Assembly: GCA_051530055.1 (NCBI GenBank)
Contig: CM121341.1
Coordinates: forward strand, 14,176,784 to 14,240,783
Length of the DNA: 64,000 bases
Direction: 5' to 3'
DNA from: Neoechinorhynchus agilis
Lineage: Eukaryota > Animalia > Acanthocephala
Below, in pieces: positions 1 to 13,065 of the stretch (position 1 is the stretch's first letter; each line of letters opens with the position of its first letter). Made by a program: the position numbers and the translations under genes. The notes under the pieces are model-generated. The model saw nothing but the letters and a program-made list of their open reading frames with translations, was not told the DNA's origin and searched no databases.

Positions 1-1150
1 TTAATCAACAAGAACGTGTCGTCCACATATCTGAATCAGATATTCACACCCTGTATCGACGACAAATGTTCGTCCTCCAAGTGCCGTATATGCAGCTCAG
101 CAAGCACAGGAGCTAACGGGCTGCCCATGGCTACTCCATCTTTCTGGTCATAGTCGATGCCGTTGAACTGGAAGTTGCAGAATCTGGTGCAAAACTGCAG
201 TAGCTTTCGCCAGTCACTATTAGTTAAATTCCATTCAGTGTTCGTAGACAGGAGAGGAACTGCGATATCTATTGCCACATCGACAGGAATTTTGGTGAAG
301 AGGGAGATCACATCTGCCGACAGCATCCTATACTGGGAATTCTAAGACGATTTCAATCTTGAAACGAAATCCACTCCCGAGGAAACCACTCTCTCTGAAG
401 ATCCCATTGCGCTCCTCAACATACCAGCTACTCTCCTTGAGATGTTCGTGCAGAAAGTGGAGTGTGCCGCAATTATTGGTCTGAATTTGATAGGCTCCTT
501 ATGTACTTTCGCAAGCAAATACATTTCGGGCGTTTTCGCATCGGTTGAGCGAAGGATCTTATAATCTCCATCCGGAAGCTTGCCTTGTTTTTTAAGGTTC
601 AAAAGAAAAGAATTGAATTCTTTTTCACGACTAGACGTTGGGCATCTTGATATTCTTGCAAATTCGACTCCATTTAAGATTTCCTTTCCTGCACTTATAT
701 ACTGTTGCTGACTTAATACACAATACCCATATCCTTTATCGATCTTCACTGGAACTATCTGCGTGAACGACTTGAGCATATTGACCCCTCTTAACATCCT
801 TTGTGATACATTGGAATTCACCCCACGATTCTTGAAGACAGATTCATAGAAACGCTCAAGTTTCCAGATCGGGATATTTAGATTATCACATTCCGTTCTC
901 ATTGCGATCTTCTCTAACCTGATCCTATAGTCGATTCTCCTCGATACATTGTACGGAACAAAATCCGAACCATAGCTAAGCAGCTCCAAGACTTCATTCG
1001 GCAAAACTACCCCTGAGATATTGCGGATAGAATCAGTATGTTCTGACGCGGCAAAGAGTCGGTTGTTTGTAAGATTCGCGATTTTATTCAGGTGTCGTCT
1101 ATTTACTGCTTTAATATCGATCAACTCATACTTAAACCAATTTCAAGAAC
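1..1150 (-). mobile_element. Penelope-like element (Poseidon/Penelope-type), N-terminal and RT part, frameshifted, running off the window edge
   Basis: ORFs 342-1124 and 36-326 carry PLE RT motifs (IVPVKIDKG, KVHKEPIKFRPII, SADVISLFTKIP, GVAMGSPLAPVLAEL). Clearly the same family as 47340-49200. Confidence 0.9.
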
Positions 1151-2276
1151 CTTGCCTTCAAAAAATTAAACACAATCAGCGACTAGAATTAACATTGACA
1201 AATGCATATATTTTGAAAGAATGACAAACGTTTTACATACTGGCGAACTGCTCACCAAGTAGAGGTGCACTTTTATTGCTCATCTACTTTTTTGAATTAC
1301 AGTTCTTTCAAAAAAATTGAACTTAAAGATTGCCACTAATCGGCTCCTTTTCAATATCCGTAAATTATTTTTCATTCTCTCTTGCATTCGTATGTATCTA
1401 AGCGAAAACAACCCATAATTTTTCTTTTAGATATTCTCAAATGGATTCCTTAATATGTGCAATAGTAGTTATGCGACTAAAACATACAGGTTTTTAGTTT
1501 ATTGATTAAGAGAAGGGGAGTTCGCAAAGGAGAAAACGCAAGTCATAAACTTTTGCGTTTTTATCTTTGAAGTAACGTCCTCTGAAATGATTAAATGCAG
1601 TTTATTGTCTAAAAATCAGGTAACAAACCTACTTATAGGTGCTAAACTGTTTTGTGTATAACTGATTCGATTCATATAACATAAAGCAATTCAACGAAAA
1701 AGGATATGTGTTGTTGGTATGCTTTTGACTACTTTACTCTTAAAACTATGGAAAAGTTAAGTTTCAATGTATGGTTAGTTTCATTTTTAGACACCTTAGG
1801 CAGCATCATTCACAGGTAATTCGAATTCACAATCTGCATCAGTTTTCAAATTCGAAATTTTTCCATGACCAGCGAGACGATATAGTCGGTTTACCACCCT
1901 CATAATAAGTCTACCTCGATCGAAAGTGAAATAAAGTGCACAATGGTTCATGAGTGAGTTAAAATATTAAAATTGAATCTATGATTCGCAATTTCATTTG
2001 ATTATAGTGATTTCAAGAGAATATAAAAGCAAAAGATGTCTTTTACACTTCGAAGGATTACTCACACTTCTTTTTCCTTCACGTAACTTCCTTCTCTGGA
2101 GTCTTGCTACTGATTTGCTCATCCGACTGAATCATATATCCTAAGCAAGTCTAGCTCTGAGAAAGTGAGCAATCCTTTATGTTCTTAAATCGAGTTAACA
2201 TTTTAAGCTCACCGAAAGCTCTTTCTTTTTGCAACCGAAAGAGCACCACCATCTAGCACAATCACAATAATTTGCG

Positions 2277-5200
2277 ATGCGCTTTATGAGCTTCTGTGCT
2301 ATCCTGGTGTTCCTAACCCTGTCTAAGGGGCAAGACATTAGCAATTGGGAGCCACAATGTGCGCCAAGACCGGACGAAGTCAGGACTAACTGCCATCCTG
2401 AAGTAAACGCTTCGCTGGAATCATGTGTAAGTAGAAAATGCTGCTGGCATGGACCGATTTCAGGTGGGTATAATACAGCACCTCATTGCTACCATCCACC
2501 CAATTACCCTGGATATGTGGTCAACGACGTTGTCCACGATTCGGTCTTGGACACAACTACATTCACAATGCAAAGACACTTCAAATCACATTTGCCAGAT
2601 GAAATCGAAAACCTCACGGCTAGTGTCGAACCTTACAATGACGGAATTATTCGACTTAGAATCATCGATTCGAACGAGCCACGTTTTGAAGTTCCCACTG
2701 TGTTAAAAGACAAAATAGACAGCAAAGCGAAGATACCGAGCAATGTAAAGGTCGATTATACAACTAATCCATTTACACTGAGGATAAGTAGGGTAGGCAC
2801 AGGTCAGGTATTGCTTGACACTAGCATCGGCCCATTGTTGTATGCCAATCAATTTATTGAAATCAGTACTGCGCTGCCCACGGACTATGTGTACGGTCTT
2901 GGAGAGCACAGGACTCAGTTCCAAATATCAACAAATTGGAGAAGAATGTCCTTTTATACCCGAGATCAGGCGACGGTAAGGGATGATAATCTTTAAAGGC
3001 GGCTATTCTCCGTTCGGTAGGTCGAATAAAAATTGAGAATAGTCCCTGTACGGCGATCACCCATTCCTGATGTCAGTAGACGAAGGCGGGGATGCTTTTG
3101 GATTGTTCATGTTAAACAGTAATTGCATGGAGATGGTCTTTCAACCATATCCTCTAAGGCAGCTACTCTCAAACGGCCATGTATAAATAAAAAAGAAAGG
3201 ATTGCTGGCATGTCCTCCACTACGAAGTTTCTAGTTGCGAAAAAATATTGCCAAGATGCAGGGATATTCTAGATAATCAACTCGCATATCGATTACAAGT
3301 GAATTTCATCCCGGTCGGGGCATTTATAGAATATTGAGAATGATTCCTAAAAGCATTTTTCGAAACCCTTAACGATATAACCATTTGTTCATTGTCGATT
3401 TTAATATTGAGAGTAGCTAACGTAATGACATACCGAACGATTGGAGGAATAATTGATTTGTTCATAATAACTGGACCAACTCCCGCCGACGTCATCCGCC
3501 AGTACTGGACTTTGATTGGAAATCCACTGTTTACTCCATATTGGTCGCTTGGTTTCCATTTAAGTAAATGGAATTATGGCACGATCGCCAACTTAACGGC
3601 GGTCATAAATTCGATGAAAGCGGCTGATTTCCCGTGGGATGTCCAATGGACTGACATCGATGCTCTGTACGAAAAACGTATATTCACTTACAACAATGAA
3701 ACTTGGGCTGGTTTACCGGAGCTCGTTCAGCAACTACATGCAGAAAATAAGAAATACATTTCCATAAATGATCCGGGCATCAGTTGCGATATGTCCAAAC
3801 GAAACTACTCGACATTTTGGAATGGTCTAGAAGCGGATGTCTATGTCAAATGGGCGAACGGATCAGGATACTTGATCGGAGAAGTATGGCCTGGTTTAAC
3901 GGCTTACCCTAGTTGGTATCACTATAATTCGTTCGATTGGTGGTACAATGAACTGTCAACATGGGATAAAACATTACCAGTTGATGGACTTTGGATCGAC
4001 ATGAACGAGGTTTCCAGCTTCATTTATGGCAGCATTGATGGTTGCCATGAGGAAATGGACAACCCGTACTACGTTCCAAAGATTTTTGAAACTTATCTAT
4101 GGGCGAAGACGATTTGTCCTTCGGCTTTGCACTACAACGGTCAGAGGGAGTACAACCTTCACAATTTGTACGGCCATGGAATGGCTAGAGCTACTCACTA
4201 TGCGCTGACGGCTATGAGACCGGAGCGTCCTTTCATTCTTACAAGAGCTAGTTTTTCCGGATCCGGCAACTACACCGCCAAGTGGGGCGGCGACAACTTC
4301 GCCACATATGATGATCTCTACTACAGCATCACGGATATCTTAAACTTTAACATTTTCGGGTTTTCCCTAACCGGTGACGACCTATGCGGATTTATTTACG
4401 ACACGACCGATGAACTATGTACTCGCTGGCACGAACTCGGTGCTTACTACACTTTCATGAGAAATCATAACATTGAGGATGGAAGACTGCACCACCCGAC
4501 AGCCTTCCCTCCGGATATTATGAAAATAATGAAGGGTACCGTAATCCGGAGATACCGAATGTTGCCATATTTCTATACTCTTATGTTCGAGTCTCATATT
4601 AGGCTGCAGACCGTTTTCCAACCAATGTTCTTCCAATGGTGGAAGGACCCGAATACCCATCCGATCGATACTCAATTCATGGTTGGCGATGCAATGCTGA
4701 TTGTTCCGGTTACCCAGGAAGGTCACCGAGAGGTCTATGGATACTTCCCGGACTCTAACAATTATTGGTATGATTATTTCACCTACGAGCTTGTAAGTTG
4801 TCATTCTCAATTAGGCATCGCTTTAAAAAAATCAAACTTCTGCCTCGCTAATTTAAAATATTTTCGGGGAAAATGTTTTGCCTTGTGTAAAAGGCGCAAA
4901 GCCTGGGTTACATAATCCGCGAATTCTGACTAAGGCCGGTACACATTTCATACTCTACATTTGAATTGAGAATTGGCGATTTAGCTTCTCCGGATGATAA
5001 TGGATGGAAATTATTTAATGCCCCACTCGACTACATCAATGTCTTCCTCAAAAACGGCCACATTATACCAATGCATATTGTTGCCGAGAACGAGTCCAGG
5101 AACGCCATGCAATTGAAAGATGTAGCTCACTTCAAACTTTTGTTTGTAAGTAGACAAGTGGATGGAATGGATCAGGGAACCGGCACTCTTTTCTGGGACG

Positions 5201-5490
5201 ACGGCGTTGCTTTCTTGTCTAAAGCGACCTACAACTACATCGGTTTTGTTGGTGGAAAGGGATATTTGAGTATTGATCCGCACCATATTAACTATGACGT
5301 CCCAATGATTTTACAAGAACTTACTGTTACCGGATTCGATGACTACTCATCAGTTTCCATTGTGAGTGTAGACGGTATGGCGGTCACTGGTTTCTCACTC
5401 GATCCAGTATCAAAGTCGCTCACAATCGAAGGCCTCGACATTGACTTAAAGAAGCCCCATGATATTAATTGGGAAATCAAATATATTTAA
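2277..5490 (+). CDS. GAA: GH31 lysosomal alpha-glucosidase / maltase-glucoamylase-like protein (signal peptide, trefoil domain, GH31), multi-exon
   Basis: Hydrophobic N-terminus, P-type trefoil cysteines, YGLGEH, LYGDHPFLM in an unlisted exon (~3045-3155), catalytic WIDMNE, KWGGDN, DLCGF, RWHELGAYYTFMRNHN and C-terminal G-L-F-WDDG. Exact splice sites not resolved; the symbol is the closest class, not a proven ortholog. Confidence 0.92.
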
Positions 5491-5543
5491 GGAATTCTCT
5501 CTTTATTTGTGAAGAACTTTTATCTTTTACGAGTGCACACAAC

Positions 5544-6180
5544 TCACTCATAAGCCATCTTATCTTCTTCCTGGTGAAGTTCACAATCGGGACAGCATAC
5601 GTTTCCCGCAGCGTCTTGAACAAAACTTTCGTTGTTAAGGTCCCGATTGCACATTGTACATCTGAAGCACTCTTTGTGCCATAACATTTGACCATACTCA
5701 ACGGCAACCTTCGCCATGTCATTGATAGGGTTCCGGCATCGATTGCAAAACACCGTACGGTCGGGACTTATTAGGTTAAATGGCATTTCTTTTTGCTTAA
5801 ATTCCAGCTCTTCGTGACCACTGCTAGATATCCCGCTACTAGAGCTTGTTCCGGAACATTGCCGCATCGGTTGAGATTGAAATATTGATGTCACTCGGGT
5901 AGTAGATCTAAAGCACTGCTTCCTACACCGATCCTCGGTCAACATTCAGTCTGTTTAAATGAACGAGGGTCGGTGCTTTTATGTGCAAGTCGACCATTGA
6001 TTTGAGCTGATTCATGACTTTTCTCGATTATTTGACGACAGAGGTAGCACACAATATATGGAAACCTTTTTCGGTGGCATGGAATACACACGGTTGATCC
6101 GTCTGAGTAGGGGTGGTATTGTGCGGTTAAACTACACTGGCAATCCGAACACCGAAAACATTGAAGATGGTATAGACCAA
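5544..6180 (-). CDS. Multi-LIM-domain protein (3' exons; 5' end lies further upstream)
   Basis: Complete LIM in ORF 5544-5945 (CNRC...H.ECFRCTMC...CPDC). An upstream exon from 6180 reads YHLQCFRCSDCQCSL...CIPCH...CYLC after a cag acceptor. Confidence 0.8.
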
Positions 6181-7579
6181 CTGATCACGACACAAAACGC
6201 AGAAACTGATCCCAAGGATGGTTTGAATGCAAAGTTGTCCCACATTTGGGAATCGTTGCGTACATGTAATGATTATCATAAATTGTCGCGTACATAATGC
6301 GAATTTTATGAATGATCAACGAATCGAATCCATTTTCAAGGCGAAAGGCGGGCGAAAATTTTAAAACGATGTTTTGAAATTTAGAAATTCACTGCCCCGA
6401 AACTACGTCAAAACCCCAACCGTCTAATAAGCCCGAATTCGGTCACGAAGTGTGTATTTCTTTTGATTGGTTAATTTAAAATTGCAAATTAACAGAATGG
6501 GAATAAGGAAAAATAAAGTCAATATACTTCTGGAAAGAAATCGTCCTTTGGTGGCGAACAGATGGCACAAAAGTCCATTGGCTTCAGCTATACAGATTCC
6601 TGCAACGAATGCTTGACTGCATTTCTCACACCTAATAAAGATTACATCTCGTCCAAGGAGTTCGCTCTATGGTTCACTTACCTCCACATTTCAATAAAGT
6701 GAGTTCAAAACCCGAATAACGATGTCTTTGGTTAACTCTGTCTCATAAATCACAAAGGGAGCTTAGTAAGATTAAATGAGGTTAAACTACAAAACAAAGG
6801 TTGGCACTATTTGGTGAACATCGAAGCATATTATGTTTTGGATAAGATAGGCTTATGTGAAACAGTATAAAGAATCATTCGATACAAGGCGCTTTATTGC
6901 CCTTTAAACAACGAAATTTAATCCTGAGGAGATGCAAAGGAAATATCATATTGCTCAGATAATGGAAACCCACGTTGTCGCTTAGTATCACATGTCAAAT
7001 CTAATGAGTTTGTTGAACCTAGACAAAAATGTAGAGCTGCTTTCCTTGACTAGCTGATCGTGATTTATACTGGGAATGATAAGTATCTTACTGGAAAAAT
7101 GAGTCTGGCGGAATGCTGTCAAAGATGGCACGAATCCAGCACGTCGTGCCAAGAAAATAATGATCTCTAAAAATTACTAATCGTATTTTTAGAGATATAG
7201 AGTAATTCTTTGTTTTATAGAAGGTGCTAATATAATATTACTATTAACACACACATTTTCGTCCGCTAGTGAACAACGATTTGCTGACTTCGCATTGGTA
7301 AAGAATAGCCGATAATCATAGCTGAAATTTAACAAAAAAGAATCCAAAGCACGTTTAAATTTATCCAACTCGCGCTTGACACATCACATTTATACCAGGC
7401 AGTCGCAGTCGTTTTTTAATGTGATTCAACGCGCCAATCAGAGGAAACATACTAATGCGCTCAGTCGATTATGAAGGCAACAGACGATTGCGAATATCCG
7501 TTGTTCTTATAATCGCATATTTAAGTAAATGGAGTTGGTTGCTGCATAAAAATGAAAAATTCGACTAAATGATGAGAAT

Positions 7580-7993
7580 TTATTGACTGGAAGTAGGCTG
7601 CTTAAATTTGCTAAGAATTACATTTAGTTCTTTACTAGGATACCGTCCTTTTCGCATTGACAATCGTTGTCCAAACTCAATGCCACGCTCAGTGAATTGC
7701 TGACTGCGACCAATATAAGCTTTGTTACAGTTATCAAAGTCAGAGATCTCTTTTGAGCAATAAGCTTCGTCGAAGTTGTTCTTTTTAAGACAAGAAAACA
7801 TCAGAGTCATCACAGTGAGACAATCGTAATCTTCGTCGACGTCGGGTCGATTGGACACTTTATCTTTCAACTTCATTGGGAGAACCGCTTTAAATTGTCC
7901 CTGATTAAGACGGTAATTTTCAGCAGTTGGTACACGTGATCCTCCCTTGGGACGCTGGCCAATGCGAATACGGCGAAATGCGCGAGTTGACAT
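7580..7993 (-). CDS. CHCHD1: CHCH-domain mitoribosomal protein mS37
   Basis: Twin CX9C-like motif CLTVMTLMFSCLKKNNFDEAYCSKEISDFDNC preceded by LPMKLKDKV and a basic targeting-like N-terminus. Confidence 0.8.
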   Translation of the reverse strand: MSTRAFRRIRIGQRPKGGSRVPTAENYRLNQGQFKAVLPMKLKDKVSNRPDVDEDYDCLTVMTLMFSCLKKNNFDEAYCSKEISDFDNCNKAYIGRSQQFTERGIEFGQRLSMRKGRYPSKELNVILSKFKQPTSSQ

Positions 7994-8059
7994 TATCTGT
8001 ATATTAAAGTAATAAGGCGAAATGGAGCAAATTATTAAGATACGCGGTGATAATTAAAA

Positions 8060-8390
8060 TTATACAAAAACCAAAATTTAACACAAATCATAAAATAAGA
8101 GAACAAACATCCGTTAAGAAATCGCAGATTACGAATGAGAAATTTTGACTGGTTAAAACTTTACGATTACGAATGAGAAAACTTGAGTTACTTTAAACTT
8201 TACAAAAACAAAAATTTAATGAAAAAATTAGAGCGAACAGCCGTCAAGCAATTGCAGAATACGAATCAGAAATTTTGACTGGTTAAAACGTTACAAAAAC
8301 CAAAATTTAAGGAAAAAAGGAGAGCGAATATCCGTTAAGAAATAGCAGAATACGAATGAGATATCTTGACTGATTAAAACTTTACAATGC
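8060..8390. repeat. Degenerate ~90-bp tandem repeat
   Basis: gagcgaa(c/t)atccgttaag...gaatacgaatgaga...gactggttaaaactttac recurs at ~8101, 8231 and 8321. Confidence 0.8.
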
Positions 8391-8391
8391 T

Positions 8392-8880
8392 ACTGGCAAG
8401 CCGGGTCTTTTTATTTTTGACGCAGGCTATTGCATCCCTTCCTCTTCTTTTGACATAAGCCCACGGCATAAAGCCACACTGGTCTGAATCAAAAATAAAG
8501 ACCCAGTTTGCCAGTAACATTTAAGAATTTAAAAACACTTGCACCGAGGTATAAATACTGGCTGAGTTTGTACATTCCGTAATTGTGCCGAGGTGGTCAA
8601 GTGGACTAATGATCCATATCTCAGTTAGGGTCAACAGGTTACCGTCGATTACGCACAACCAAGGGGAACGAAATAGCACTAAAGGGAGGAAACTCCATGA
8701 TGAGTCCCGCCTCCTGGAGGTATCTGAGAAACTAGAAGGAGGTACAAACTCGTATACCGTATGCAACAGAGTCTAAGTGATATAATCACTTATCTGCTGT
8801 AAGAGATCGATGTGGCTTCGTGCCGTGGCCTTATGCCAAAAGCCGAGGAAGGGATGTTATAACCTGAATTAAAAAAATAA
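8392..8880. repeat. Dispersed foldback/MITE-like family B copy
   Basis: 8410-8482 is an imperfect inverted copy of 8808-8880, and 8392-8517 is also self-inverted. The body (8585-8770) aligns with 12790-12950(-), 56500-56655 and 63640-63705(-). Confidence 0.7.
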
Positions 8881-9345
8881 GAGCGAACATCCGTTCAGAA
8901 ATCAAGCAAAAATTTAATGCAAAAAAATTAGAGCGAACATCCGTTAATAAACTTTAGCTGTCTGTTCATTTATATTCTTCGACTTCCACAAAATAACTGT
9001 AGTCATTATAACATTGCGCTCTCGTTCACAAATAATTTCAGTGAAAATATCGTAACGATGCGCTATAGCTTCTTTCAGAATTTCTGCCCACGAGAAAGGT
9101 TCTTCGCGTCGATTGCGAAATCTGTATGCTAGTTAACAGAGTATTTTCCAGGATTTTCTCTAGACGGCGGGTTTGATATTTTCACTGAAATTATTTGTGA
9201 ACGAGAGCGCAATGTTATAATGACTACAATTATTTTGTGGAAGTCGAAGAATATAAATGAACAGACAGCTAAAATTTATTAACGGATGTTCGCTCTAATT
9301 TATTTGCATTAAATTTTTGCTTGATTTCTGAACGGATGTTCGCTC
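8881..9345. repeat. Long near-perfect inverted repeat (171-bp arms, 123-bp spacer), MITE/foldback-like
   Basis: 8881-9051 versus the reverse complement of 9175-9345: 3 mismatches by eye. Confidence 0.92.
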
Positions 9346-9863
9346 GGTCCCGCGCACACGAGTCCAGGGATCAAATGAGTCCCCTACTACATGTGATTTT
9401 AGGTGCTTGATAAGGAGGTTGAGGCCTCGAAAATTTGCATGTTTACAAATAAATCTCGAGGAGGGAAAAACTCGCCGTATAGAGAAAATGAACTGAACCC
9501 CTCGAAGGAAAAACTCGATAGAATTTTCCGGAATATAAGTCGCTGAAACCTATCACACGATATTACCCTTGGTCCAACGTCATTGCTATTTTTGTTAGAA
9601 TCGGTCGTGTTATTTTTGCTAACTATTGTTCATGACAGCCCATTTGAGTTCCGCGATCAACGCAAATATTATCGTATTGAACTTTACATTTCATTGAAAT
9701 CTCTTATAATCATCATGCTCAATTCATTCCCCTTCGTGAGCAATTTTACTCCTCATTGTGAGCATAATCCGTTGTCGCTTATATACGATACAAGCCGTTT
9801 AGGTTCACTGTTCCCGTATATCTTCACTCCTTTTTCTCAGCATTTTGCCATTCACGATTTCGA

Positions 9864-9982
9864 TAATAACCAATTAAATCATCAAAAAAAACTTCTAGGT
9901 GTTTTGATCATAACTCCGGTAGATGACTGACGAGCTGATGCTTCCTCGCGTAATATTTCGATCCAATGAAATATGTTTATCT
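9864..9982 (+). repeat. Solo degenerate copy of the 160-nt hammerhead repeat
   Basis: ataaccaattaaatcatcaa...gatcataa...gatgactgacgag...cttcctcgcgtaatatttcgatccaatgaaatatg matches the units at 51785-52460. GAAA is mutated to GTAA. Confidence 0.8.
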
Positions 9983-10024
9983 CATGTTTGGCTAGCCGGT
10001 TGCTTCTTTATTAGACGTTGAAGT

Positions 10025-10355
10025 GACCATCATTACACGGCTGATTATTTTCCTCTGGCAGACAGCCCATCGATATCTTGGGCCAGGGAAACTATTGAAT
10101 CACTTAAACCCTTAACCATACGGTTATGAGTTTTGTACATCCCTTCGGAAGGCAGGATTCATCCGTGATTTTCCTTGGTTATGAGTCATCGGCGATAATG
10201 GATTTTGAACCCTTTGAATCTGAAGCAGGAATTCTGGGCTCAAGTCCATAAGACCACCACGGCACAACTGCAGAATATACAAACTCTGCCAGTTTTAACT
10301 AGTGACAAGTATTGAATTGATCTACAAACTCATAACTGTATGGTGACCATCATTT
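10025..10355. repeat. Family B copy
   Basis: cacggctgattattttcctctggc...ccatacggttatgagttttgtacatcc matches 63566-63670 and 56363-56440. Inverted caaactcataactgtatgg at ~10325. Confidence 0.75.
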
Positions 10356-10599
10356 GCACCTTTGAAGAAACTGACGGACTAAGACTTGCAGCCACAAGTC
10401 GATGTTACACGATTAGGACATCAATTACGCGTGAGATCATTGATGGAGAACAAGGATGAAAATGCCACGATACAGAGTAGCAATGAACGCGAAGGAACGA
10501 AACGATTATGGGAAGCTAGGTCGCGGTTCGATTTTGAGTGGCACGTAGTTGCAATTCGTAGAGCTGACTATTACACAAGGAGACATTTCCCCTAGGTGC

Positions 10600-12590
10600 A
10601 GGATCAGAATCCTAAATCGAACCTTAATCGAGCTGAACAAGACGATCTTGCACAGGTTAATAGCAGAGCAAGGGACAAGTCGATTCGTATTTCATTAAGT
10701 GATAAAGGTGGTGACTTAATTTCGATCGATAAAGGTGTAGAAAAGATCACGATGGAGGAATTATGACGGAATAGAGGGACGATTACGAATTGAAGCGCAA
10801 GAAGTTGAACAGCATCATTCGTGAAGTGATATCCACAGGAGATTTGAAAAGGAATGAGTAGCTCCATGCATGGACCGTTGCGGGTGCCCGTGATGTATTC
10901 AATGGTCAAAACGCAAATTATGCCGGTCGGTCCGGTAAAATTAACAACAGCGTCTTTGTTTAAACGTAAACCGATTATTTCGGCAGTCAGTGGACCTGCA
11001 TGCCGATTATCTCGCTTCCTGCCGACGGTGATTAGTCCACTGCTTCGCAATTCGAGTTCGTATGTGGAGGGCTTACTTAATTCTCTGAATGCGCGATGCA
11101 ATGACTTAAATTGTAGCTAGGTTATGTCTTTTGATCTTGTCTCGCTCTATATGAACGTCGACAAGAAGAGAGCGGTACGAGCACTCTATAAGCAGTTGAA
11201 CGAGAACAAAGAGAACTTAAACCTATTCGGAGTGCTACCGAGGGACGTGATTCTACTCACTCAAATGGTTTTAGATTACAACCTCTTTCGATATAGCGAC
11301 CGAGTTTATAGACTAATACGTGGACTGTCAATGGGAAACAACCTTGGTCTCGTCTTGGCAATTATTTTCGACGATGATTTGGAAAGCAGTGTATTTTCCT
11401 ACATTTAACGCCGAGCCAAATTTATCTTCACTGTGTGTATGATCTGCTGTTCACCTACAGAGAGGACTGTGAGGTCGGCGACATGAAGAGTAGGGTGAAT
11501 TCTATTAATTCTACTGAAGGGATTCAGATGACGCGAGACAAACCATCCGATTATCTGCCATTTCCTAAATTTGTGTTTCAAAGTGAATGATGTCACTGAT
11601 TTCGGTTGGTATCGCAAACCATGCCGTAAAAGGTTTGTCATGCATCGAGATTCCAATCATCCTTGGGTAAAGAAACTGGCAATTTATGCTGAAATGCACA
11701 GGACAACCCTGGTTTCCTCATCGTCATTAACGGAAAAACGGTTGGCGAAATACCTAATGAACGAAATTTTCACGGATAATGGATATAAACCTAACGATAT
11801 CGCGAGGTTACAGCGCCAGCGTAATTTAAGCGAAAAGAAACGGAAAGATGATCTTTCACTGAATCGATATGGAAGTAAATCGATCCTCAAGATTCCATAT
11901 ATCAGTGAAAAACTCACCAGTGAGGTTTGAAAGCAGCTGCGACGGTCGAGAATGCATATCCCGATTGTCCACAGAAGTGCGACTACACTTAGACAAATCC
12001 TGATGGGAACTGGACATCGAGAAACGCCAGAAATATGTCCAGCATCATGCTTGGCGTGTACACACCAAGGAAATCCCTAAGCATAAATGGCTGAAAAGAT
12101 TCGATTTGCACTGGAAGCAACGTGGTCTACGAGATGACCTGCGAACGATGTTTGGCCGATGACAATCGCGAGGTCATCTACATGGGAAAACTGAACGATC
12201 TTTGCGTCTATGTTTAACGCAACACGTTCGCAACGCACTTAAACCGAACGCAAAATCATGGCCACACCATGGGCAAAACACCACTCAGAACACAGCGAAC
12301 AAGTAAAACTCTTCACGTGAGTTAGGTTTCTGGCCACGGAACCGGTGGAACTACCTATCGCCGAGGCACTACTGATATCCCTGCGATTGGAAGGGGATAT
12401 GGCGCTTCCAAAGACAATGCGAGTGAGAGTTCTGGGCATTCGCCAGGCAAATCTTCTGAACTGTTCAACAAGCGGGACGAACCTTCCGCTTCGATGTCAC
12501 TACTTTAACACACTTTGCAACCCCACGCGCTTTTGTAGATTCCTGAATTAGCCGTAAGACGGCGAAAGCTAGAAAATAAATATTTTTCTT
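10600..12590 (+). mobile_element. Penelope-like element (Neptune-like, Cys-rich linker), degenerate
   Basis: SNLNRAE...SDKGG, PVMYSMVKT, MSFDLVSLYMNV, GLSMGNNL, WYRKPCRKRFVMHRDSNHPW, plus GIY-YIG remnants at ~12130-12400. Multiple frameshifts and stops. Related to the 32.7 and 37.1 kb copies. Confidence 0.88.
12539..12575 (+). ncRNA. Degenerate minimal hammerhead ribozyme in the PLE 3' terminus
   Basis: UUC CUGAAUUA GCCG uaaga CGGC GAAA GC U A GAA. Stem II and GAAA are intact; the core CUGAAGAA is mutated. Confidence 0.65.
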
Positions 12591-12639
12591 TATCATTACA
12601 ACAACCCGACCGAGTGTCAATTAAAAAACAAAACTTTAT

Positions 12640-13065
12640 CCCAATAACCAATTTAATTATCAAGAGAAAATCCTTCGGGATGATAGAGTTGGAGATGTGG
12701 TTATTTTCTTGCCATTTGGCAAGCTGCTTATATTAATCAAGTGTTTTAACAGTCCTTACTCGTTTTTTTGCTCTGTGATATAAGCACCTAGACTGAAGCA
12801 TACGGCTTTGAGTTTGTACATCCCGCAGGACCATCAGATACTTCCAGGAGGCGGGGCGCATCGGTGAGTTTCCTCTCTTAATCGGTATTTCGTCCCCTTC
12901 GGTTGTGCGTTAAAGCAGGGATTTGGGGCTAAAGTCCATTGGACCACCTCAACAACTAACGGCAGATGAATGACGAGGCGAGGTTTCCTCAGGAAATATT
13001 TCGATCAAACGAAATATGATTTATCCGGGGATTATGATTACCACAACTTCAATAACCGATTTGCA
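12640..13065 (+). repeat. 160-nt hammerhead repeat unit split by ~240 bp that includes a family B copy (12790-12950, minus strand)
   Basis: Left half has atcaagagaaaatccttcgggatgatagagttggag. Right half has gatgaatgacgaggcgaggtttcctcaggaaatatttcgatc...gattatgattaccacaac. Confidence 0.8.

Noticed and set aside
2977-3420. Apparent 22-26-nt micro-introns or stop-codon reassignment in the GH31 gene
   Set aside because: Could not build one consistent in-frame model. Other genes end at standard stops and have 43-47-nt GT-AG introns, so ordinary unresolved splicing is the simpler reading.
8588-8612. tRNA A-box-like GGTGGTCAAGTGGACTAA in family B, suggesting a tRNA-derived SINE
   Set aside because: No B-box or cloverleaf follows, and the motif is poorly kept in other copies.
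9583-9930. 115-aa ORF with a hydrophobic start
   Set aside because: It overlaps a hammerhead-repeat copy, is low complexity, and has no recognisable domain.
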